This document shows, one piece after another, positions 1 through 11,859 of a DNA stretch of 64,000 nt; positions within the stretch are counted from its first letter, which is position 1, and each line of letters starts with the position of its first letter. The DNA comes from Nocardioidaceae bacterium (GTDB taxonomy: Bacteria > Actinomycetota > Actinomycetes > Propionibacteriales > Nocardioidaceae). Location of the stretch: positions 4,929 through 68,928 of the forward strand of contig DASTWW010000212.1 of the NCBI GenBank assembly GCA_035765755.1, written 5' to 3'. Below the pieces are notes generated by a model, which made no database searches, had not been told where the DNA came from, and was given only the letters and a program-made list of their open reading frames with translations. The translations under genes and the position numbers were made by a program.

Positions 1-390
1 CTGCCGCGCGACCCCGCGGCCGACGCGCTCAGTGAAGGCCGCGCCGCCACCGACGTGGTGCGCGCCCACCCGGAGTCGCCGCTGGCCTGGGCGACCCTCG
101 CCGAACAGGCGCTCGCCGACGTGGAGGCGGGCTCCGCCGACGAGGTGACCGCCTACGCCTACGCACGGGTTGGCTACCACCGGAGCCTGGACCTGCTGCG
201 CCGCAACGGCTGGAAGGGGCACGGCCCGGTGCCCTGGGAGCACGAGCCCAACCGCGGCTTCCTGCGCGCACTCGCCGCGCTGGCCCAGGCCGCCGAGCGG
301 ATCGGCGAGGCGCCGGAGGCGGAGCGCTGCGCGGACTTCCTGCGCGACTCCAGCCCGGCGGCGTACGACGAGCTGCTGCGCCGGCCCTGA
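1..390 (+). CDS. DUF3151 domain-containing protein (5' end cut by window edge)
   Basis: Frame 1 is open from nt 1 to the TGA at 388-390. The translation (HPESPLAWATLAEQAL...YARVGYHRSLDLLRRNGWKGHGPVPWEHEPNRGFLRAL) matches my memory of the actinobacterial DUF3151 family found near fba/purA. Confidence 0.7.
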   Translation: MPRDPAADALSEGRAATDVVRAHPESPLAWATLAEQALADVEAGSADEVTAYAYARVGYHRSLDLLRRNGWKGHGPVPWEHEPNRGFLRALAALAQAAERIGEAPEAERCADFLRDSSPAAYDELLRRP

Positions 391-401
391 CGCCTGGCCT
401 T

Positions 402-459
402 TACCGACAACGTGTCGCTATCGCGACCCATACGTCGCGGTAGGCATACCAATATCGGT
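402..459 (+). repeat. Intergenic 45-bp-unit repeat family, locus A (1 unit plus 13-nt terminal half-unit)
   Basis: TACCGACAACGTGTCGCTATCGCGACCCATACGTCGCGGTAGGCA followed by TACCAATATCGGT. It shares the unit seen at 19142, 31398 (reverse) and 37457. It contains the CGCGAC-N6-GTCGCG hairpin and starts 11 nt after the upstream stop codon. Confidence 0.85.
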
Positions 460-494
460 TTGTTTGGGGGGACGAGGGGCGGGTACGGCCAGGC

Positions 495-734
495 ATGACC
501 ACGAACGGCGAGCCCGAGGTCGAGACCGACTTCGAGGAGATCAAGCGCGAGGTGGCCGACCAGGAAGAGGCCGACCGCGAGTCGAGCGTCGGCCCGGCCG
601 AGGGTACGACGGAGGTGGGGGTCGAGACCCCGATCGCGGACGTCGACTACCTTCCCGTCGAGCCGGGTCCGGCCGCCTCTGTCGAGGACTACGACCCGCT
701 GGACGTCGACCCCGAGGACGTCGACGACAAGTAG
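495..734 (+). CDS. small, highly acidic hypothetical protein (79 aa, D/E/P-rich)
   Basis: ATG ORF with a GGGG-rich stretch upstream and high GC3. I do not recognise a family. Confidence 0.5.
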   Translation: MTTNGEPEVETDFEEIKREVADQEEADRESSVGPAEGTTEVGVETPIADVDYLPVEPGPAASVEDYDPLDVDPEDVDDK

Positions 735-1014
735 CGCTCTTCAGCGCCGCGTCCATGATGCGCGAAGCGGGAAAAGTGGCGGGAACCGATCCGATCCAGC
801 GCCCGCGAACGCGCCGCCTTCCACCACTTTCCTCGCCCAACCGGGTCCGGCGACCTCTGTCGGGACTGCGAACCGTTGGACGTCGCCCCGGACATGGGCG
901 GAGCGCCGAAATCGTCCCCTGCTGCGATTCCGGCGCTCCGACGTAGAACCAGAGTGTCGCACCTGCAAGGGACAATGTGTGGCCACTGAATGCCACTGAC
1001 ACTATGCTGCCACG

Positions 1015-2004
1015 GTGACCCGACAATTCCCGTCGCCGATGGCCGTCCTGGGGATCGACACCGCCGGTGAGCAGTTGTACCGGATGGCCCTCCGCAACTC
1101 CGGGGCGAGCAGTCAGGCGCTGGCGGACAAGCTGGGCTGGCCGCTGGAGCAGGTGGCCTCCGGAGTGGCCAAGCTGGACGCGCTGGGCCTGGTCGACGTG
1201 GACGGCGACGAGGTGCGCACCGTCTCTCCCGATCAGGCCGTCGAGCGGCTGATCGCCACCGAGGCCAGGAGGCTCGCCTCGCTCTCGGCACAGCTGGACT
1301 CGGTGCGCGCCACGCTGCCGTCGCTGATGGCCGAGCACTGGGCGGCGCAGGCCCCGCAGGGCAGGCCGGTGACCGTCGAGGCCGTGGAGGGTGGGGACGT
1401 GTCAGGCCTGATCCGCGCCCTGAGCGCCACCTCGGAGGGCGACCTGATGTGGATCCGCCCCGACCAGTGGCGGTTCGCCGCGGGCCAGGAGATCGACACC
1501 TGGGTCAAGCACCTGGTGGCCTCGGGCCGCAAGTCACGGGCAATCTATCCCGCGCGGGTGTTCGAGGAGGCCCCGGACGTGGTCCGCGGCCGCGCGGAGG
1601 TCGGCGAGCACGTGCGGGTGCTCGCCGAGGTGCCTTCGCGGGTGGCCATCATGGGCACCTCCGCGGTGCTGGTGCCGGAGATGTGGGGCAAGAACACCGG
1701 CCGCCGGCTCGTCGTACGCCAGCCTGCGATCATCGCCGCCTTCACGATGCTCTTCGAGGCGTTGTGGGAGCGGGCGATGGCGATCCCCGGCCTGGACGGG
1801 CCGGTGCAGACCGACGACCGCAGCAACGACCGGCGGCTGCTGATGGACCAGCTGGCGAACGGGGCCAAGGACGAGCAGATCGCGCGCACCCTCGGGATCA
1901 GCCTGCGCACCGTGCGCCGCCGTGTCGCCGACATCCTCGACGAGCTGGGCGTGAACTCCCGGTTCCAAGCTGGGGTGGAGGCGGTACGACGGGGGTGGGT
2001 CTGA
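1015..2004 (+). CDS. LuxR-family transcriptional regulator (TrmB-like N-terminal wHTH plus C-terminal LuxR-type HTH)
   Basis: The C-terminus (DEQIARTLGISLRTVRRRVADILDELGVNSRFQAGVEAVRRGWV) is a typical LuxR/GerE HTH. The N-terminus resembles TrmB-type wHTH domains. Confidence 0.8.
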   Translation: MTRQFPSPMAVLGIDTAGEQLYRMALRNSGASSQALADKLGWPLEQVASGVAKLDALGLVDVDGDEVRTVSPDQAVERLIATEARRLASLSAQLDSVRATLPSLMAEHWAAQAPQGRPVTVEAVEGGDVSGLIRALSATSEGDLMWIRPDQWRFAAGQEIDTWVKHLVASGRKSRAIYPARVFEEAPDVVRGRAEVGEHVRVLAEVPSRVAIMGTSAVLVPEMWGKNTGRRLVVRQPAIIAAFTMLFEALWERAMAIPGLDGPVQTDDRSNDRRLLMDQLANGAKDEQIARTLGISLRTVRRRVADILDELGVNSRFQAGVEAVRRGWV

Positions 2005-2005
2005 C

Positions 2006-2887
2006 CTACGGCAGCGACATCGAGAACGCGCCGGGCTCGAGGTGCCACCCGCGGTTGCGCTCCGGACCGAACAGCTCCCCGTCCGCGGAGCAGTAGAACC
2101 CCTGCCCGGACACGGTGACCTGGGTGCCTCGCACGTACGTGACGTCGGTGCGCTCGTGGTGCCGGCCCTGGCCGAGCCTTGCGGCGTACCCGATCCGGGC
2201 CGGCAGCCCGACCGCGTAGGAGACCAGCACGTCCATCTTCCCGTCGCGGGGCATCGCCTCCGGGGTCAGCGCGGTGCCGCCGCCGACCCGGGCGCCGTTG
2301 CCGATGGCCACCTGGAGCACCGGCTGGTCGATGTCGGTGACCACGTCACCATCCACCTCGACCCGTAGCCGCACGAACGGCGGGTTCACCGCGGCCACCG
2401 CCGCGCCGAGGAGGTAGCCGGCCCGGCCCAGCTTCTCCTTCCATCGGTGGGCGTTGCGGCTGGCCTCCGCGCCGACCCCGATGTGCACGTTGTTGACCAC
2501 GATCTCGCCGAGGCAGTCCACGATCAGGTCCACCTCGCGGACGTTGCCGTCCAGGACGATCCGCGCGGCCTCTTCGATGTCCAGGGGGATGCCCACGCCG
2601 CGGGCGAAGTCGTTGCCGGTGCCCAGCGGCAGCAGCGCGAGGGTCGTCTCGCCGAGCTCGTGGCGGCGGTGCAGCGCGGAGATCACGGCGTGCAGGCTGC
2701 CGTCTCCGCCGGCCACCACCACCCGGCGCCCCCCGCGGCGGTGCAGCACGCCGTCGAGCTCGCCCTGGTCTCCGGTGTGGCAGACCTCCACGTCACCGCG
2801 CTCGCGCAGTACCGCGAGCGCCCGTTCGAGCTCGCTGTCGTCATTGCCGCCGGCCCCGGCGTTGGTGATCAGCAGCAGTGGTTCCAC
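2006..2887 (-). CDS. diacylglycerol/lipid kinase family protein
   Basis: DAGK catalytic motifs are present: LLLITNAGAGG, VVVAGGDGSLHAVISAL, LPLGTGNDFARGVGIP. The start is set at GTG 2887 (VEPLLLITN...). The track ORF extends to a TTG at 2938. Confidence 0.8.
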   Translation of the reverse strand: MEPLLLITNAGAGGNDDSELERALAVLRERGDVEVCHTGDQGELDGVLHRRGGRRVVVAGGDGSLHAVISALHRRHELGETTLALLPLGTGNDFARGVGIPLDIEEAARIVLDGNVREVDLIVDCLGEIVVNNVHIGVGAEASRNAHRWKEKLGRAGYLLGAAVAAVNPPFVRLRVEVDGDVVTDIDQPVLQVAIGNGARVGGGTALTPEAMPRDGKMDVLVSYAVGLPARIGYAARLGQGRHHERTDVTYVRGTQVTVSGQGFYCSADGELFGPERNRGWHLEPGAFSMSLP

Positions 2888-2925
2888 GGGTCGGACCCTA
2901 CATCGGCCCCGGGACCCTCTGATAA

Positions 2926-5543
<2,618 letters not shown>

Positions 5544-5552
<9 letters not shown>

Positions 5553-5591
5553 GGAGTGAACGAAGTGATGGTGGTTGAGGAGTGAACGAAG
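5544..5591 (+). repeat. 26-bp-period tandem duplication of the purD-stop/RBS/purB-start junction
   Basis: GGTGGTTGAGGAGTGAACGAAG occurs at 5544-5565 and again at 5570-5591, separated by TGAT. Confidence 0.9.
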
Positions 5592-7033
5592 CGAGCGTCT
5601 CGAAACCCGTCTCGAGACCCATCCCCAACGTCCTCGCCCACCGCTACGCCGCCGCTGACCTGGTCCGGATCTGGACCCCGGAGCACAAGATCGTGCTGGA
5701 GCGGCAGCTGTGGCTGGCCGTGCTGCGGGCCCAGAAGGAGCTGGGCGTCGACGTGCCGGACGGCGTGATCGAGGACTACGAGAAGGTGCTCGACCGGGTC
5801 GACCTGGAGTCGATCGCGGCCCGGGAGCGGGTCACCCGGCACGACGTGAAGGCGCGCATCGAGGAGTTCTGCGCGCTGGCCGGCCACGAGCACATCCACA
5901 AGGGGATGACCTCGCGCGACCTGACCGAGAACGTCGAGCAGCTGCAGGTGCGCTCCTCGCTGCTGCTGGTCCGCGACCGGATCGTGGCAACCTTGGCCCG
6001 GCTGGGCCGGCTGGCCTCGGAGCACCAGGCGCTGGTGATGGCCGGTCGTTCGCACAACGTCGCGGCGCAGGCAACCACCCTCGGCAAGCGGTTCGCCACC
6101 GTCGCCGACGAGATGTTGGTGGCGCTGGAGCGGCTGGAGGACCTGGTCGGGCGGTACCCGCTGCGCGGCATCAAGGGCCCGGTCGGCACCGCCCAGGACA
6201 TGCTCGACCTCCTCGACGGGTCCACCGACCGGTTGGCCGAGCTCGAGCAGCGGGTCGCCTCCCACCTCGGGTTCGAGCGGGTGCTGAGCAGCGTGGGTCA
6301 GGTGTACCCGCGCTCCCTGGACTTCGACGTGGTCTCCGCGCTCGTGCAGGTGGCCGTCGGGCCGTCCAACCTGGCCACCACCATGCGGCTGATGGCCGGC
6401 AACGAGCTGGTCACGGAGGGCTTCAAGGAGGGCCAGGTCGGCTCCTCGGCGATGCCGCACAAGATGAACACCCGTTCCTGTGAACGCGTGAACGGGCTGG
6501 CCGTGGTGCTGCGCGGGTACCTGTCCATGGTCGGCGAGCTGGCCGGCGACCAGTGGAACGAGGGCGACGTCTCCTGCTCGGTGGTACGACGCGTCGCCCT
6601 GCCGGATGCGTTCTTCGCCTGCGACGGGCTGTTCCAGACCTTCCTCACCGTGCTCGACGAGTTCGGCGCGTTCCCCGCGGTGATCCAGCGCGAGCTGGAC
6701 CGCTACCTGCCGTTCCTGGCCACCACCAAGGTGCTGATGGCCGCGGTCCGCAACGGGGTGGGTCGGGAGACCGCGCACGAGGCGATCAAGACCGCCGCGG
6801 TCGGCGTGGCCCTCGACATGCGCCGTGGCGCGGCCGAGAACGACGTGTTCGACCGGCTCGCCGCCGACTCCCGTCTCGGGCTCTCCCGCGCCCAGCTCGA
6901 TGCCCTCGTCGCCGAGCCGATCGCGTTCACCGGTGCCGCGGTGGAGCAGGTGCAGTCCGTCGTACGACGGGTCGACGCGGTCGTCGCGCAGCATCCCGAC
7001 GCCGCGTCGTACGCCCCCGGCGCGATCCTCTAG
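5582..7033 (+). CDS. purB: adenylosuccinate lyase
   Basis: IPNVLAHRYA..., GMTSRDLTENVEQLQ, SSAMPHKMNTRS signature. GTG start at 5582 follows GAGGAG. Confidence 0.95.
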   Translation: MNEASVSKPVSRPIPNVLAHRYAAADLVRIWTPEHKIVLERQLWLAVLRAQKELGVDVPDGVIEDYEKVLDRVDLESIAARERVTRHDVKARIEEFCALAGHEHIHKGMTSRDLTENVEQLQVRSSLLLVRDRIVATLARLGRLASEHQALVMAGRSHNVAAQATTLGKRFATVADEMLVALERLEDLVGRYPLRGIKGPVGTAQDMLDLLDGSTDRLAELEQRVASHLGFERVLSSVGQVYPRSLDFDVVSALVQVAVGPSNLATTMRLMAGNELVTEGFKEGQVGSSAMPHKMNTRSCERVNGLAVVLRGYLSMVGELAGDQWNEGDVSCSVVRRVALPDAFFACDGLFQTFLTVLDEFGAFPAVIQRELDRYLPFLATTKVLMAAVRNGVGRETAHEAIKTAAVGVALDMRRGAAENDVFDRLAADSRLGLSRAQLDALVAEPIAFTGAAVEQVQSVVRRVDAVVAQHPDAASYAPGAIL

Positions 7034-9495
7034 GCACCGAGCCGGCGCGCGAGGTACGGCGCGGTGCGGCCGGTGCCCGAAGCGGCGAGCTCCGCCGGTG
7101 TGCCCTCGACGACCACCCGGCCGCCCTCCGCACCGCCGCCGGGGCCAAGGTCGATCACCCAGTCGGCCCCGGCGACCACGTCCAGGTCGTGCTCCACCAC
7201 GACTACCGTGCTGCCCGCGTCGACCAGCGCGTGCAGCTGGCGGGTGAGCAGCGCGACGTCGGCCGGGTGCAGGCCGGTGGTCGGCTCGTCGAGGACGTAC
7301 AACGTGTGCCCGCGCCGGGTCCGCTGCAGCTCGGAGGCCAGCTTGATGCGCTGCGCCTCGCCGCCGGAGAGCTCGGTGGCCGGCTGGCCCAGGCTCAGGT
7401 AGCCCAGACCGACCGCGTCCAGCGTCTCCAGGCTGCGCGCCACCGGCGGCACGTCGGCGAAGAACTCCCGGGCGTCCTCGACCGTCATCGCCAGCACCTC
7501 GGCAACGTTCTTGTCGTGGTAGCGGACCTCCAGCGTCCCGGGCTCGTAGCGGTCCCCGTGGCACACCGGGCAGGGCGCGTAGGTGCCGGGCAGGAACAGC
7601 AGCTCCACGGCCACGAACCCCTCGCCGCGGCAGTTCTCGCAGCGACCGCCGGCGACGTTGAAGGAGAACCGGCCGGCGTTCCAGCCGCGCTCGCGGGCCA
7701 GGTCGGTGGCCGCGAACAGCTTGCGGACCCCGTCGAACAGGCCGGTGTACGTCGCCAGGTTGGACCGCGGCGTGCGGCCGATCGGCCGCTGGTCGACCTG
7801 CACCAGCCGGTGCACCAGGTCCAGCCCCTGGGTGGGCACTGTTCGGGCCGGTCCGCTGATTGCGTCGTACTCCTCCTCGGCCGGCTCCTCCTCGTCCAGC
7901 ACCGGCGCGGCCGCCGCCCCGAGGTGGTCGCGGACGGTCTCGGCCAGCACCTGGCTGACCAGCGTGGACTTGCCCGAGCCGGAGACGCCGGTCACCACGG
8001 TGAACACGCCGAGCGGCAGCGTCACGTCCAGGTCGCGCAGGTTGTTGCGGGTGATGCCGTGCAGCAACAGCTCGCCGGTGCGGGCGCGGGGCTCGCGGGG
8101 CTTGGGCGGTGCGGTGGGGAAGAGGTACGGCGCGGTGGCGGACCCCTCCACGCCGGCCAGCTCGGCCACCGGCCCGCTGTGCAGCACCCGACCGCCCCGG
8201 GTGCCGGCGCCCGGACCGACCTCGACCAGCCAGTCGGCCCGCCGGATCACGTCCACGTCGTGCTCCACGACCAGCAGCGAGTTGCCGGCCTCGCGGAGCC
8301 GGTCCAGAACGCCCAGCAGCGGCTCGGTGTCCGCCGGGTGCAGTCCGGCGGACGGCTCGTCCAGCACGTAGACGACCCCGAACAGCTGCGACCGCAGTGC
8401 GGTGGCCAGCCGCACCCGCTGCAGCTCGCCGGCCGACAGGGTGGTCGTGGGCCGGGCACTGGCCAGGTAGCCCAGGCCCAGCTCGGTGAGCACCTCCAGC
8501 CGGGCCAGCGCGTCCGGGATGATCGACGCGGCGACGTCCCCACCGCCCTCGAGCGCGTCGGCCAGCACGTCCTCGAGGTCGGTCAGCGGCAGGCCGGTCA
8601 GGTCACTGATGGTGCGGCCGGCGAAGGTGACCGCCAGCGCCTCCGGCCGGAGCCCGGCTCCGCCGCAGCTCGGGCAGGGGCGCGTCTCGACGTACTGCAG
8701 CACCCGGCGGCGCAGGGTGGCGCTCGCGGTGTTCGCCAGCGTGTGCAGCACGTAGCGGCGGGCGCTCTGGTAGGTGCCCTGGTAGGGCCGCTGGATCCGG
8801 TGCGCCTCGCGCTGCGCGTGAACGGTGACGACCGGCTGCTCGTCGGTGAGCAGGATCCAGTCCCGGTCGGCCTGGGGCAGGTCGCGCCACGGCTTGTCCA
8901 CGTCGTACCCGAGGGTGGCCACGATGTCGCGGTAGTTCTTGCCCTGCCAGGCGCCCGGCCACGCGGCGATCGCGCCCTCGCGGATGCTCAGCGACGGATC
9001 CGGCACCAGCGAGTCCTCGGTGACCCGGTGCACCCGGCCCAGGCCGTGACACTCCGGGCAGGCGCCGGCCGGCGTGTTGGGGGAGAACGCGTCGGAGTCC
9101 AGCCGCGGAGCGCCCCGCGGGTAGGTCCCGGCGCGGGACAGCAGCATCCGCAGTGAGTTCGACAGCGTGGTGAGCGTGCCGACGGTGGAGCGGGCGGTCG
9201 GCACGCCGCGGGCCTGCTGGAGCGCCACGGCCGGCGGCAGGCCGGTCACTTCACGGACCCGCGGGGGGCCGACCTGGTGCAGCAGCCGGCGGGCGTAGGG
9301 CGCGACCGACTCCAGGTAGCGCAGCTGCGCCTCGGCGTAGATGGTGCCGAACGCCAGCGACGACTTCCCGGAGCCGGACACGCCGGCCACCGCCACGAAC
9401 GCGTCCCGCGGCACGTCGACGTCGACATCGCGCAGGTTGTGCTCGCGGGCGCCGCGGACGCGGATGAACCCGTCCGGGTCCGGGGCCGGGATCAG
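7030..9495 (-). CDS. UvrA-like ABC-ATPase paralogue (short class, apparently lacking the UvrB-binding domain)
   Basis: Two ABC modules (GVSGSGKSSLAFGTIYAEAQ, GVSGSGKSTLV, LSGGEAQRIKLA, YVLDEPTTGLH) and Zn-finger cysteines. At about 820 aa it is shorter than canonical UvrA at about 950 aa. The conserved N-terminal FIRVRGAREHNLRDVDVDV is encoded at 9415-9471, upstream of the first GTG (9414). I therefore extend the CDS to the in-frame CTG at 9495-9493, which overlaps the MFS stop. Confidence 0.85.
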   Translation of the reverse strand: MIPAPDPDGFIRVRGAREHNLRDVDVDVPRDAFVAVAGVSGSGKSSLAFGTIYAEAQLRYLESVAPYARRLLHQVGPPRVREVTGLPPAVALQQARGVPTARSTVGTLTTLSNSLRMLLSRAGTYPRGAPRLDSDAFSPNTPAGACPECHGLGRVHRVTEDSLVPDPSLSIREGAIAAWPGAWQGKNYRDIVATLGYDVDKPWRDLPQADRDWILLTDEQPVVTVHAQREAHRIQRPYQGTYQSARRYVLHTLANTASATLRRRVLQYVETRPCPSCGGAGLRPEALAVTFAGRTISDLTGLPLTDLEDVLADALEGGGDVAASIIPDALARLEVLTELGLGYLASARPTTTLSAGELQRVRLATALRSQLFGVVYVLDEPSAGLHPADTEPLLGVLDRLREAGNSLLVVEHDVDVIRRADWLVEVGPGAGTRGGRVLHSGPVAELAGVEGSATAPYLFPTAPPKPREPRARTGELLLHGITRNNLRDLDVTLPLGVFTVVTGVSGSGKSTLVSQVLAETVRDHLGAAAAPVLDEEEPAEEEYDAISGPARTVPTQGLDLVHRLVQVDQRPIGRTPRSNLATYTGLFDGVRKLFAATDLARERGWNAGRFSFNVAGGRCENCRGEGFVAVELLFLPGTYAPCPVCHGDRYEPGTLEVRYHDKNVAEVLAMTVEDAREFFADVPPVARSLETLDAVGLGYLSLGQPATELSGGEAQRIKLASELQRTRRGHTLYVLDEPTTGLHPADVALLTRQLHALVDAGSTVVVVEHDLDVVAGADWVIDLGPGGGAEGGRVVVEGTPAELAASGTGRTAPYLARRLGA

Positions 9496-11063
9496 TGGCC
9501 CATCATCGCGGCCGCGGAGGCCTGCTCGCCGGACTGCTCGGCCCGGAGCTTCTTGCGGGGCAGCATCAGCGCCGGGATCAGCGTGAGCACCACCAACACC
9601 CAGGCCACCCAGTAGGTCTGCGCGAACGCGCTCGCGGCGCCCTCCAGCCCCTTCGCCACTGCAGCCGGGCCGCCGATCTTGTCGATCAACGACGGGTCAT
9701 GCTGCGTGGCGATCGCCGGAAGGGCGAGCGGCGAGGCCTTGAGGTGGTTGGTCAGCAGCACCGACATGACCGCGACCCCGATCGAGCTGGCCACCTGCTG
9801 GGTGATGTTCAGCAGGGTCGAGCCCCGCGCCACCTGATGCGGCCGAAGCGTCTTCAGGGCTGCGGTGAACAGCGGCATCATCGTCGCGCCCATGCCCAGG
9901 CCCATCACGAACAGCTCCGCGATCAGCAGGGTGTACGACGTGTCGGCGGTCACCTGGGTCAGCCCGAACATGCCGATCACGATGATCACCAGCCCGACCG
10001 GCACGATCCGGCCGATCGGAAGGCGGTCGGCGAGCGCGCCGGCGATCGGCATGGTCATCATCGCGCCGATGCCCTGCGGGGCCACCAGCAGGCCGGCGTC
10101 GAGGGTGGACTCGCCGCGCACCTCCTGGAAGTACGTCGGCACCAGCAGCAGGCCACCGAAGAAGGCCGCCGCGAACAGGAACATCGTGATCACCGAGACG
10201 GTGAGGTTGCGATCCTTGAACAGCCGCAGGTCCAGCAGTGGATGCGCCGGCTTGAACGAGCGGAGCACGAAGACCGCCATCAGCACGAAGCCGATGAGCA
10301 TGGAGACCCAGACGCGCGGCGCCGATACGCTGCCCTGGCTGGGGATCGAGGAGACGCCGAACAGGAACAGCGCCAGGCCGGGGGACATGAGCGCCATGCC
10401 CACGAAGTCGAAGGACTCCGACGGCTCGGGACGGTCCTTGTCCAGGACCAGCCAGGAGTAGACGAGGGCTGCCGCGCCGATCGGCACGTTGATCAGGAAC
10501 ACCCAGTTCCAGCTGGCCACCTCGATCAGCCAGCCGCCGAGGATCGGGCCCAGGATGGGGCCGAGCAGCATCGGCACGCCGAGGATGGCCATCAGCCGGC
10601 CCATCCGGTGCGGCCCGGCGGCCCGGGTCATGATCGTCATGCCCAGCGGCATCAGCATGCCGCCGCCGAGGCCCTGCAGCACCCGGAAGGCGATCAGCAC
10701 GTTGATGTCCCAGGCGGTCGCGCACAGTGCGGATCCGATCGTGAACAGCGCGATCGCAGTCATGTACAGCCGCTTGGTGCCGAACCGGTCCGCCGCCCAT
10801 CCCGAGAGCGGGATGACCGTGGCCAGCGCCAGGGTGTAGCCGGTGACCGTCCAGGCGACGGTGGAGTACGGCACCGGGTGCCCCGCCGTCCCGAACACCA
10901 CCTGGAAGGTCGGCAGCGCGACGTTCACGACGGTGATGTCCAAGATGGACATGATTGCGCCGAGAACAACGACGCCGGCGACCTTGAGGACGGCGGCGTC
11001 GATCTTGTCGGGCAGGTCGGGGCTGGCGCCCGGGCTGTGGCCGGGACTGGTCTCGAGGCTCAT
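9492..11063 (-). CDS. MFS transporter, DHA2 (EmrB/QacA-like, 14-TMS) drug:H+ antiporter family
   Basis: 523 aa and strongly hydrophobic. Motifs typical of DHA2 efflux pumps (ALPTF, GWAADRFGTKRLY, LQGLGGGMLMP). Confidence 0.9.
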   Translation of the reverse strand: MSLETSPGHSPGASPDLPDKIDAAVLKVAGVVVLGAIMSILDITVVNVALPTFQVVFGTAGHPVPYSTVAWTVTGYTLALATVIPLSGWAADRFGTKRLYMTAIALFTIGSALCATAWDINVLIAFRVLQGLGGGMLMPLGMTIMTRAAGPHRMGRLMAILGVPMLLGPILGPILGGWLIEVASWNWVFLINVPIGAAALVYSWLVLDKDRPEPSESFDFVGMALMSPGLALFLFGVSSIPSQGSVSAPRVWVSMLIGFVLMAVFVLRSFKPAHPLLDLRLFKDRNLTVSVITMFLFAAAFFGGLLLVPTYFQEVRGESTLDAGLLVAPQGIGAMMTMPIAGALADRLPIGRIVPVGLVIIVIGMFGLTQVTADTSYTLLIAELFVMGLGMGATMMPLFTAALKTLRPHQVARGSTLLNITQQVASSIGVAVMSVLLTNHLKASPLALPAIATQHDPSLIDKIGGPAAVAKGLEGAASAFAQTYWVAWVLVVLTLIPALMLPRKKLRAEQSGEQASAAAMMGH

Positions 11064-11220
11064 GAGCGTGGGGTCTCCGTTTCTGGCAGCCAGGTCAGCC
11101 TAACGAGGCCCACCCCCCGGGCCGAGCGAGTTTCCTCACCCTGCGAAGTAAGTCACACCCCCGCCGCGCCTGGTGTCTAGACGCTCCAGGACGAGAGGTG
11201 GACGGCACGCGGCGAAGGCG

Positions 11221-11826
11221 CTAGATGAGGGCCTCGCCGTCGTGGGTGGCCAGGTGGTCGGCGACGTGCTTCAGGTCAGCGCGCCACACGTCCTCCGGGA
11301 CCGGCGGCAGCATCTCGTTCCACTCGATCGCCATGCTTCCGACGATGTGCGGCAACCGGGCGGTGCGGGCGATGAACCACAGGTGCATGTGCGCCGTACC
11401 GTCGCCCCACTTGCACACATGCACCCGGCCGATGTTCGGCATGTGCTCCATGATCCGGTGCAGCCAGTTGCTGATCCGGCCGTACTCCGCCGCCTGCTCG
11501 TCGTCCATGTCGGAGAAGTCGAAGTGCTCGAACGGCTGCAGGATCAGGATCAGCGGCAGCCCGCCCGGCTTCTCGAAGGAGCGGACCATCCAGCGCTCGT
11601 TGCGCCAGATCACCTGCTCCGGCGCGCGCTGAGCGCACCAGCACGGCCGGTCGCCCTCGCCCACGCGCGGCGTCTCCTCGGCGAGGGGAGGCTGCACCAC
11701 CTTCGGGCGCATGTCGCCCTCCCAGGGGAACATGTCCCACTCGTGGGTCGGTGGCATCGGCAGCCGGCCGTCCTCCCCGACGGCCTGGGTCACGCGGACG
11801 TAGATCTCCTCGGCTGACTCTGGCAT
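11221..11826 (-). CDS. hypothetical protein, possibly HIT/GalT-like superfamily
   Basis: 201-aa ORF with good coding character. GDGTAHMHLWFIAR resembles a degenerate HIT HxHxH motif. The assignment is tentative. Confidence 0.45.
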   Translation of the reverse strand: MPESAEEIYVRVTQAVGEDGRLPMPPTHEWDMFPWEGDMRPKVVQPPLAEETPRVGEGDRPCWCAQRAPEQVIWRNERWMVRSFEKPGGLPLILILQPFEHFDFSDMDDEQAAEYGRISNWLHRIMEHMPNIGRVHVCKWGDGTAHMHLWFIARTARLPHIVGSMAIEWNEMLPPVPEDVWRADLKHVADHLATHDGEALI

Positions 11827-11859
11827 GGCGACAGCCTGCCAGAGAATCGGGCCGGAGAA

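Noticed and set aside
7030-7033. 4-nt convergent overlap (CTAG) of the purB and uvrA-like stop codons, with no terminator between them.
   Set aside because: Short convergent overlaps are common in compact GC-rich genomes. No additional structure is visible to suggest a special mechanism.
11107-11123. C-rich hairpin GGCCC-ACCCCCC-GGGCC, with a second C5 run at about 11156, in the spacer upstream of the MFS gene. This is reminiscent of the 6C RNA.
   Set aside because: There is only one convincing C-rich loop. The synteny is wrong, since 6C normally lies near ssd/tad genes as far as I recall. I cannot reconstruct the two-hairpin consensus. A cmscan would be needed to settle it.
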